DNA from: Tubulanus polymorphus
Taxonomy: Eukaryota > Animalia > Nemertea
Assembly (NCBI RefSeq): GCF_964204645.1
Contig: NC_134027.1
Span: 18,438,560-18,502,559, forward strand
DNA: 64,000 nucleotides
Direction: 5' to 3'
Positions 11,101-23,100 of the stretch are shown one piece after another. Every line of letters starts with the position of its first letter. Position 1 is the first letter of the stretch. The notes below the pieces were generated by a model that worked only from the letters and a program-made list of their open reading frames with translations, made no database searches and had not been told where the DNA came from. Both the position numbers and the translations under genes were made by a program.

Positions 11101-14100
11101 TACTGGTTTACCATTTCTCATTGCAATTTGTGATGGGTATTCTTTGGAAAGGGATGTTTTATACCTGAGACAGGTATTTTTCATCAGCCAATTATGACGC
11201 AATTGGCGGCCATGTTGGTGTCACCAGTACTCATTCGTAAGTGGGAAAAAGTTTTTCCCACATTATATTGATACCTAAGCGTATTTTGTAACCACAATCA
11301 TTTAGAAAGTTGTAGCTCATAACGTGTTCTATGATTGTAGTGAGTTTCAAGGTCATTGGATTTTGTATATGGCCACCAGGGGGCGTTGAATAATGCAATA
11401 TCTCAGCATTTCTATATTATATTCGTACCTATGCATATTTTGTAACCACAATCAATTGGAAAGTTGTAGCTCATGACATCATCTACTATTGTTGCGAGTT
11501 TTAAGGACATTGGTTATTCTATATGGTCACCAGGGAGCGTTGAATAGTAGAATAACTTAATATTTCCTTATTATATTGGTACCTAGGCATATTTTGTTAC
11601 CATGATCAATTGCAAAGTTGTAGTTCATGACATGTTCTATGAATGTGGTAAGTTTCAAGGTCATTGGGTTTTGAATATGGTCACCAGGGGGCGCTAAATA
11701 GTAGAATAACTTAGTTTTTCCATATTAAATTGGTAACGAGGCATATTTTGTTATCACAATCAATTACAAAATCGTAGCTGCTGACATGTTCTATGATTGT
11801 TGTGAGTTTCAAGGTTTCGCATTGGTTTTTGTATATGGTCACCAGGGGGCGTTGAATATTGAAATTGTTAGATTGTTGAGCATTTGGAACCACTTCCCAA
11901 GTGGGCATGGTGTCCCTGGACCCCTAGTTTTAAAGGCATATACATATGTTTCACCAGCCGCTCGCTTATTTACCATGTCCGCTGATGATCATATTTGATT
12001 TTTAAAGGCAGAGGCACAGTTTTGAACTGTTATCAAGGGGCACCTGTGGTTTGGAAGTGGGCACTCACACACAGAGGTGGTAGAAGAAAGGGGCGCCATT
12101 TGCAGAAATTTAAACTGAAGGGGCATGCTGACATTGTTTTGCCTAGTGTCTAAGAATATAGGGGTACATATGGTTAGGATTAGGGCACATGCCATATAGA
12201 TAAAGATGAAGACATGAATTTTGCAGATTTCAAACACTGAAGGGGCACTAGCCCTATTCTACTTAATTTTCTAGGGGCACTTTTCAAGATTATCAAGGCT
12301 CTTGAATTTTTTAAGAAAAAGGATTGAACTGGGCATTTTGCAGCTTCATTTTTAGCCCACTTTTGTCCCAATGGACTATTGCGTCCACTTCTAAAGAGTC
12401 CATGATCAGTCAGTGTGCCCTAAAATTTCCTTCCAATACTGTCTAACCCGAACCATGGATCTGCCCCTGCTGACACCCCCTGTCCAGGAATACGTCAGGT
12501 ATTCGACGTCTACGGCAGTGCTATGGCCGGTAGGCAAGTGCGGATCCAGGGGGTAGCACCTGGGGCACGTGCTACCCTCTAGGTTTTCAGTTGGTCCCTA
12601 AAATCATTCCCGTCAAAAATTTGGTACCACCTGAGGACGTCGAAAGGCTCCTATATATATATCTTTCTTTGGTTGAAACAAGCTCAAATCCTTGGAAATC
12701 TCATCTGCGGGGGTTTATTTTTGGAAAGAGGACGAGTAAAACGACAACAACTAAATTTCTGTTGACTACGAGAAGACTGTTTTTAATGGCTGACCGGAAA
12801 ATGAGTACATATACAGAATACGCATGCGTAGAGCTGAAGCCTGTCGGGAAAACTAGTAAAACGAAAACTGACACCCGAAATATCTGAAATATTCCCGACA
12901 AAAACATGTACTTTTACGGTTTTAAAATTCTTGTAATTTTCTTTATCTTATCATTGCGTTGGTTTACGACAATTTGAAAAGCACTCTGCATGAAGATTTA
13001 TATTTTTTCTGTTCATTTAGAATTTTAATATTTTTGTAACACTTTTCTGTAAAAGGAATTCTGCATTGAATTGAATTAACTGGTTCACTGTCTCTTCAGA
13101 AATGCCATTTAACTTTATCGGATGATGGTAGTGGATTGTCATTTGAAGGAAATGCAACTTATTTTTGCTGTTTGTATTTATTATTTTATTTAAATATCTC
13201 CACCTGAAGTGAAGTCACAATATTAAGTGGCCAATTGGCAGAGACTGAGTTAGTCATGATTTTTCCATAAGCTGTGTATTTTTCTATACAGAAAAATTCA
13301 ACCTAATGTTCATAAGTAATCTAGCAATTATCAACACATGATAGATTCCAAAAGACACCACAATATTCAAATAACACCCATCTAAAAGCTGGCACTAACT
13401 TCGTCCATGTCTATAAAACCATAAAGTCCCCAGAATGTAACATTCCATGTTATGATGTAAGACAAAATTGATCGCCTAGCTCTTTAAGTGATCAGCTCAA
13501 AGTTCAATTAATTCTACTACAAAAAAACAAAACCATTAAGCTTTCAGTACAACCATCTCGGCAAGCCCATTTTTATGGACTTACGCTTTGGCGAAGTCCA
13601 TATTGCTATAGCATATGAAACTTTCTTCATGTGGTACAAAATCCCGTACAAAATAACTTCCAAACGAGGCTCTGTTTCTCTTTGGAACTTTCCAAACATT
13701 CAATGCAGTAATAGAATCCCTAACTCTATTGAATTTCATAGGAATCCGTTACTTATTTATTAATTTAGATATTTTCTATTCATTTATTGTTGGAACTTTA
13801 TTTCGTTTCGGAAGAACACATGCCCTTTTACGTATATTGATGCTTCACACACAAGTGCGGTACATATATTCACTGCTATGTGGTGTATTGATCTGTGAAT
13901 GTATATAAAAAGCACGCCTAGTTTTCCTGGAAACTGCAAATGATTCAATTGCCAGGGTTCACCGCGGGCGGCCGTGAAAAGCAGTGAATTTTATAGAAGG
14001 GCATTAGAATTGGGAAAGGGGGAAGTGAGATATTATTCAATTTACGAAATAAATTGTCTAACAAACTTCTCACACAGTGTATGAAATAAATAGAACGTGA

Positions 14101-17100
14101 ATTTGTCTATTTGAGTCAGTGGGGAAACCCACTACCATGTATATTCATGACAAATCATCATGGAGTTGTGTGTGATGGAGATCGTATCAGTAGACAGTTT
14201 TTCATGAAAACCTCTTGATTCAATCAAGGGGGGCATTCTTGGGCTTTTTTGATCACTTGGAGCACGGATTCTCTGAAATTCTGCCACAAACTTCATGCAG
14301 AAGATAGGTATGCTTCTCCATTCATAATTTGAAAAAAGACATTTTTATCTTGATATTTTCCATCCTTGATTTCGATCTAATTGTAAATTTGTCAGTTTTC
14401 ACCCATCATTTGATTTCAATCCAATAGTTTTCACTCTTTTTCATGTGTTCTGCGTAATAGAGTTCCGATATTTAATTTTGATGCTGATTAAACATACGCT
14501 CATGTAAATTTAGGAAAGTCCATATTAAGAATTTCGTTTCTAGTTAGAATTTCTTTTTGTTTCATTGTATTTCAAGAAATGACAAGTAATCATCTGATTG
14601 ATAATGAAATATTTAATTTATGCCTCACATAGTACATCCTAGAAATTTGAATGGAAGTAGAATGCCTTGTATGGAAATTTCTTAGAAATCGAATGATGGT
14701 CAAATTCCTAACTGTTAGACCTCACAAACTTGTGAATGACTGTCAAATGCCTAACTTATGAAATATATAGGAACTCGAATGCCTGGAGAGGGGTTGTCTG
14801 GATTTTTCTAAACGCCCGCATTAGACACTTGAATGATTCAATATACATACAACTAATTGGACTGATGCTAAGGGCAGTCAATACATTCAACAGGTATCTT
14901 AATTGGAAATTTATACACTACACACTACATATCACGGCGCTCACCGTATTTGTGATGATCCTCAATCAATCTGAGATACATGAATGGCTGATAGACGAAG
15001 TTTATAATAACGCTGATTTATTGATAATCAGTGCAGTCATTTAATCTGAAAAATATGCGGGTGCTGATTTTTGCAGACAGAACTTACTTGTTACGCAAAG
15101 AAATCCTTTCGCACAAAAAATGCATAATCCTACTTATTTATACGACTTGTAGGATGAAAATTGGGTTACTAAATTTCCATTACAAAATCCAACATACCAT
15201 TCCAACTTTCAAGCCCCTTTGGTTTTAGAATAATTTCATAAACTGAGATTTATACTATTTAGTTTCAACTGCATATGTTCAATTATGTAAGTATTTCATT
15301 TCCAAAAATGCTAAGAATATTCTTAATTTTCAGTTACAAGAAATTTATTCAGACAACTTTATCTGGTAGTTTACAACAAGCTAAACTTGGTGGAATTCCT
15401 GGAACTTATCATCTTGTTAGAGCATTCTTGAATGTCAAGCATCCTGCTACAACTCCTGGATTAGAGGTAATTGAAGATTTATTGGATTATTTTCTTTCTA
15501 TTTCTAAACGAACTTAGTGTAACATGATGTATTTTGTTGAAGGAGGGACTTGTTGATGGACATCCTCTATGGGCAGTGCTTTATTATTGTTTAAGATGTG
15601 GCGATCTTAAAGCAGCGATGAATGTAGTTACTCCCCAACATCTAGGAGATGTGTATCCATTCTTAGAGGAATATATTAACAGCGATGAAAACAGGTGAAT
15701 TTTACAGTATGGTGATTTAATTAACATCATGTCTGACTTGATACATTGCTGTGCCTTCACGCAATGACACTTTGTTTTACTACATGTACTGCATGTATGC
15801 CTCAATTACTATAGTCAATATGCAGTAGTCAATGACAATCCTGTTTGCTCTGGTCAGACATGACTAGTATTCAGTGGCAATGGTGATGCAATAACAATTA
15901 ACGATCTTATGATGTAGTGAAAACCTGTGGAACAAGGGTTAAGATATGAGCATTTTTGTGTTGAATCCTGAGATTAAGGAACTGGAAAATACAAAAATGC
16001 ACGAGAAATATGCATATGACTATAGGCCTGTTCCAGTTAGTATCAGCCTGACGATGATCTCTAGGGTGAGATCGAAACGTCGTGTCTTTTATTTTTGATT
16101 GAATAAATAAATTCTGGTTTTTAAATTCTTTTAATCTGTAAATAGTGGGATTTTATCTTATTATCCGTTCACCACGTTTGAGTGTGGTTATCGTTCTGTT
16201 CCAGTTATTGTATTTTTACCTTCATGACGTAGTCATGTAGGTTATAAGATGATAGTGAGTCGATGACGTCATTTTCATGTCGCCACTAATAACTTGTTGG
16301 TGGGAGTTCAGAGGTAGATTTGTCAAACGAATAAATACTTAAATCTTATTAATGCAAGGTGTGAAATTTTGCTTTTTTAAAATATTTCCCTAAATTATTA
16401 GAAAATGCCGATAGTAACACCGTGGGAAAGTTTTTATCGTTGAATGGGCGAATCACGGCGTGCACGGAGTGCACCTGTGATAAGGCGGAAATAGTTCCAT
16501 GTGAAGGAAAAAGGTTTTAATGATTAGACGTTCAGAGGTGGTTTATCAACTTTTTTGCATCTATAGTGCTGCTATTTTCCCAATCAACTTGCTAGATTTC
16601 GATCGTTTCTCATAAGTCAACACTTGTAATTCAAGTGTGATTTTGATGTGTGTAGAGATACATCGTGACTAGCGTATTGAATGGCGGCGCCATGTTTAAG
16701 CTGCGCATCGATCTTTGAATAGTGGAATTATAGGGTGGAATTATCTTGATTGTATCCATACGAAGTTTATTAAAGGTTAGTGTCAACAAATGGTCCATTA
16801 CAGTCCCTCTAATTATGTGGAGAGATGCTCTTAACCGGCAAAACCGTGGTCTGTTTCGTGTAATCGTCGGCCTCTACTTTTAGAGCCCACTTGGGACTTG
16901 ACTTTTGTAAATTTTTTGATAATCAAATGATACTTTTGTTTTATGTAGATTAAGCCCTAACAGTGAGAGTCAGTTAAAACTACAATATCGGCGCTCTATA
17001 CGTAACAGCACTGATCCCTATAAACGAGCTGTATACTCTATAATAGGATGTGCTGATCCTAATGATAGTCACCATGAAATAGCTGAAAAAATTGATGACT

Positions 17101-20100
17101 ATCTGTGGATCAAATTATCTCAAATCGGTTACGACGATAGTGAATCATCTGATAGAATGACCTTGAACCAATTACAGAAATTATTGTTAGAAGAATATGG
17201 TAAGTTAGTCGAAAATTCTGTTGAATAAATGTCAATCATATTTGTCAATGAATTTGTGAATACCTTTATATATTCCATCAGGGGAGAACCATTTTAATGC
17301 GAATCAACAACCAATGGTATATTTCCAAGTATTGTTGTTAACGGCACAATTTGAAGCTGCTCTGGCGTTTTTATCAAGATTCGATCGTTTGAGGTGTCAT
17401 GCAGTTCACATAGCTTTGGCTTTATATGAGGTTAACTTATTAGCTTTACCTCAAACTACACAAGGTCAACTTTGTAAGTTCATTCTTAAACCTCAGCTTA
17501 ATCACCTGCAATACATTTAATCTTAAATGATTCATTTCAGCTTCTCAGTTTTGTGATCTGCTACTTCATGGGTAGGATAGTAACCACTTTTGGGTTGAGA
17601 CGCTAAGAATTCATAGGGCATCTTATCCTATCTTCCAAGGGTGTGAAAGAAAAGCCAGCCAGATGCATGACTCCCCAGATGTCTTGGTCTGTGAGAGGCC
17701 CACTCTACAATGACTGCTTGACTCTTGCCAAATGATAGTATGGGCACAAATTACATTCCATACTTCCAGCAAAGTATCTAAAGAGAACGTAATATAACCT
17801 ACGGAACAAGGGTGGCAGAGACATCTCACTTTTTGGCAGACCTTATCTTACACCTGAACTATTGAGAGCACAGGACCGTTGGTCCTCTAGTATAAAAAAT
17901 AAATTCTGCCCACCCACATTGATATAATAAGCATACCGTCATCTTTTTATCATTTTTGGTTTACCTTTGTCAGCAGTATGAGGTTGGCATTGAGCCAATT
18001 CATGTAAAATCGTGGTACGTTTTTTCAGGGTTCGTAGCGATCCTGGAAAGTGCTTAATAGTGCTTGAATCACAAAATGCGTTTTCAAGGCCTTGAAAATG
18101 CTTGAATTTTCAAAATTTCAGTAAATTGGAAGTCCTTGAATTTTTAATGTTGTCCAAATTTTCTCAATTAGTTTGTTGTATTGACTTCAATACGCCCTTG
18201 CACTGCCAACCACGTGTGAGAGTGCTGTGACTCTGTACTGTCAGCGTGCTATAGACTCATATACACTGCTGACTTGTGTATATATACAGTACAAATGTAT
18301 TAGGCACGTGGCTCACTGCTGACAATGCGTATACAAATCTATTAGTAGACACGTGGCCGGCACTACCGCTATCGCGCGCCGCGTATATACAAATGCCGTT
18401 GTGATGAAATAAACAAACAAAATATCTCAAAATAATTCTAAATAGATCATTGGTAGTAAATAATGTCCTCAAATTAATATAAAGACCGTTCTTGATTTTG
18501 ACGATCTTTGGAGCATTAACTATCAAAAAGTGATTTTTTATGTCAGGGTATCCCGAGCTGATCATGATTAAGCGTTAAGCTGTTATCATTTAGACGTTTA
18601 AGCCGGTCATCGAAATTTGTTGGATTCAAAATTAGATAGGCCAGTATGGGAAAGTGCCATTTCTCTGACGCCTGGTTGGTGCATGAATCATACAAAAGTT
18701 GGATTCAACGCAGACCAATTTCAACAGAAGCTAGGTGCAAGATATGCGCCAAAACCATTGACATACCTTCGATGGGAGAAGCGGCTCTAAAGAGTCACGC
18801 GGTTTCAAGAAAACATCAAACTGGTGGGGCAACATATCTAAAACGACGAAGCTATCAGCTTTTTTTGAAAACAATAAAGATTGTAACAACAACAGGTAAG
18901 TTTATGAAAACTTCTCTCTTCTGTTGTGGTTAGGTCTAAACAATTGATCGGATATTTCTTATTAGCAATTACAGGCCATTGTGATCATAATATTCAATCC
19001 ATCCCATTGGTTTATCACTACTTTTGAACGCAAAAAATATTCAAAATTTCTACCAAGGTTTTTGTCGTTAAATCGTGCTCCTAAGGTTAACTTTGAATGA
19101 AGTGAGGCTGCTTCTTTTAGCTTTGGTGATTGAAATGAGCAAGGAAAGCTTTTCAATTTTATACATTTCAGAGCTTCTTCGACAACCTCAGAACCAGCTG
19201 CAGTCAGTGGGCATACCAGCCAAAGTTTAAATAATTTTCTGACCAAAGAAAATGTACTGCGGGCTGAAATAGTTTGGGCGCTGAATGTTGTCTATAGACA
19301 TTATTCTTTTAAGTCATGTGAACATTCCCCAAGCGTTTTCAAGTACATGTTTCCGGATTCAGAAATTGCGGACAAATTTACCTTTAGCGAGAGAAAGGTG
19401 TCTTATCTGGTAAATTTCTGAATTTATCTTAAGGACCTGATTAAGAACAAAATAGGAGAAGGTCCCTACGTCTTGTTATTTGATGAATCGCTCAACAAAA
19501 GAACACAGTCAAAGCAGTTAGATGTTATGTTTCGTTCATGGGATGGAGACAAAGTTAGGTCGCATTACTATAGATCAGCTTTCATTGGACATGCTACGGC
19601 AGCTGATATGTTAAATGTGTTCACGGCAGAGTTTGATTTGAATTGTTCTGAACTGTATCAATTGTCCATGGACGGTCCGAGCGTAATTGGTGTTTTTATG
19701 ATAAACTCAGTAACTATTTGAAAGATGAGTATGGTGTTGATTCTGGGTTGTTAAACATAGGATCATGTGGATTGCATATTCTCAACAATGCATTCAAGTC
19801 TGGGTCAGAAACATCGAAATGGAATATTGAATCTCTCTTGACCAGCCTTTATATGTTATTTAAAGATGCTCCTGCAAGAAGGGAGGATTTCATGAAGCAT
19901 TCAACGTTATTTCCAAAGAAATTCTGTTGTCACAGGTTAAGTCAAAGATTTTATGTCTTCCCTCATCTTCAATCCAGAGCAGAAGTTTAACTCATTCATG
20001 AACTAACCTAACAGATACGGCAAGAAAATTTAATGCTGCGTTATTGAAAGGCAGCTTATAACAATAGTACCCAAGTGTTTATTTTAGTGTCAGTGCCTTC

Positions 20101-23100
20101 CACACCCACATTGATACCAGTATTAAAATAAGCTGCATTCTTTTAACTCTAGTGTTGGTGAAATTAGTGCTGTTTCTGGAATCCATTAAATACAGTTATT
20201 CATATGACCTTATTCAATGATTAATTTTAGATGCCATATTTTTTGTCAATACTTGTTACAGATGGTTAGAAAACGCCCCCGCCGCCGAACGTGCCATACA
20301 GATTTGGCCTGCTGTTCAACAGTATGTAGAATGGGTTGAGACTAAGTTGAAGAGAGCTTCACAACCAACATGTAATTCATATCAAGTTGTAAAAAATGCT
20401 GCATCACACTCCATGACCATTCGCACCTTCAAGCATTTCTCTCCGTAGCAAAACAAATAACTCCATTCATGACAATGTATCAATCAGACAGCCCTATTAT
20501 GCCTTTTATGGCAGGAGATTTGTCCGATCTTGTTCGGAGACTTATGAAACGTATTATCAAATCCAGTGTTGTTGATGATGCTGACTCTATACTCAAAAGC
20601 TTCTTGAGATTGACCTGTCCAATACTGAGAGTCATTCCAAAATTGAGGTGGGCTTTAGTGCTGAAACAAAGCTGCGTGAATTGACTGCCACAAAACAAAT
20701 ATCTGAACGTCAAATTCTAGAATTCCGCAGTGAGTTTCGTAACTTTGTTATTGCTCTTCTGAAAAAATTACTACTGAAAGCACCCATAAAATATGGTTTT
20801 GTAAGAAATATTCAGTGCCTTGATCTATAGCGTTTAGCTAACAATCAGGATGTGTGTAAAAAAGAGTTGAAACATATCCTTACAATATTAGTAACAAACA
20901 AGCGTGTGAAAGAACAGGACTGTGATGACATTCTAAGCAGCTTTGATTAGTTCTTTTTCTATGTTAATAAGAATAAGTCATCATTTAGTTCATTTGATAG
21001 GAAAAAAGACTATTTGGATGAGTTCTTTTAATGCACATGGGAATAAACACTTCCCAATTCCCAAAATTGTGGAATGTTGTGAAAAGCCTATTGCTTTTAT
21101 CGCATGGTCAAGCCTCTGTTGAAAGAGGGTTTTCCATAAACCGGCAGGTGGAAAGGGATAATATGGCTGAAATGACCTACAGAGCTCAAAGGCTCATTTG
21201 TGATTACGTACTTAGTTTTGATGGTGATGTCACAAAAGTTCCGATTCCCCCTGAGCTGGTAACACATGCTGGATCAGCGCATAGTCGTTACAAAGACTTT
21301 CTCAAGGAGCAAGCTCCCACTCAGTTATCAGATAAAGATTTAAAGCGCAAGAGAGGAACTGAGAAATTGAATGAGCTTACTGCGAAAAAACAATGCCTGG
21401 AAACTGATATTAATAGTCTGAACGCCTCTGCTGATTCATTGGCTGATGAAAGTTTAAAATCTCGCAAACAAAGTGAAACTCATGAGCTCATTTTAAAATC
21501 TGTGACCATGAGAAATTCGGCTAGAGACAAGTCACATGAGTTGGCCGATGTAATTTCAGCCATCGAAACTCAAAAGGAGCAAATTAATCGATTGTAAATA
21601 GGTCAATGAGCTGTAATTTAATTTTGTATAATTTTGTTATTTTTGCTTTCGATAGTATGGCTTTTTGATGGCGAGGTCTGCCTGTAGTTCCGTTGAAACG
21701 CTTACAGATTTCTTGTTTTAAAGTTATTAATTTCTGATACATGTAGTAAATCTTTCTAAAAATAAAGCTGAAAGATTCCAACGTTATCAAGTGCTCTGCT
21801 ATGCGTGGATGTTTCTTTATAATGATTTGCGTTTGTACTTCTTTTGAATTTCTGCAATAAAGGAATTTTCATTGCAATAAATTCGCCTTAAATACTAGTG
21901 TTTATATGGTATTTTTCAGAAAATGGTACTTGAATTTAGTTGAAATAGGTCCTTGAAAGTACTTGAATTAAGTTGGGCCTGCAGGCTATGAACCCTGTTT
22001 TTTTTTATGTGAGCATTTTTTTTCATTGGTTCTCGGGTTAAACAACGAATAATCGATGCGATTGAAGACATGACGAACCTCTGTTGATGACATGGTCAAC
22101 TTTGTTTGTATTCGACGAAAAACTGTTTTGGCGGGAAAATTCTTAGCTCTCGCGTATAGAGTTGCAATGACCTCGATTGGGGGGTCTCTACGAGCGAATG
22201 TGATTGGCTGTTTTGGGGATAAACGGGGAATTCCGGCGCTACTAAAATAATTATGGGAAAGCCATTAATGGCGAACGTTTCATTGGACTAGGTGCCGTAT
22301 ATGTGCGAATTTTAAATGCTCATTGCTGGTGAGAATATAATTATTTCACATATCGCCATAGGTATTGTTTCATTTTATACCCGGTGATTGTGTTGATTAT
22401 GATTGAAGTGAAGCGAATGTTCACTACACAAGGCCTCCACATGCACGGGATTGCTTAACGTTAGACTGTTGCACACACAAACACATACTCATACAGACTA
22501 CTATATGATGCTGTAATGCTGCTTGGCGCGTGCACGTTTGATATGATAACAGGCTGAATAATCGTCGTAGCAGAAGATGAGCGCTGTGTCGTCTGTTTGA
22601 TAGAATTTGTAATAAATTGTAATTTCTTGTGACCTGAAAATACTAAGCAGCAATCTATAGGTATAGGTCGAGGTCTGAATATTGTAGTGGTAAATTCCAG
22701 GATTTAAAATGATCTAATACTACGCCCCGGTGTTTTAGCTTCCGCGGCCATACATTGGAAGAGGTTTCGTTTCCAAGACTCAATATTCAGCCAGCCTTCA
22801 ATATGTGACATCATATGAATTTTATTTGAATATTTTTATCAAATTGTGAAAAATATTTTTCAGCGCCTACCTGTACCCTACAAAATTTTGGATGTAGACC
22901 ATAAAAAAATGTTTATCTTTGGTCTTATTTGACTACAAAATAATTCTTGAAGAAAGATAAAATACAATATAAACTTCTAGAACTTCAAAGTCACCAATTA
23001 AAAAGATTTTTCAAGCAATGCCCTTACTCCAAACAACCTCTAGCTTTCAAGGTAAACCACACTTTGCCCATGGGCAATTTATATTTCTCTGTGAACTTAT

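Noticed and set aside
15905-15976. Possible intronic C/D box snoRNA (ATGATGT...CTGA)
   Set aside because: The C box is non-consensus, the terminal stem is weak, and the candidate guide pairs to 18S rRNA only with a mismatch and several G-U pairs.
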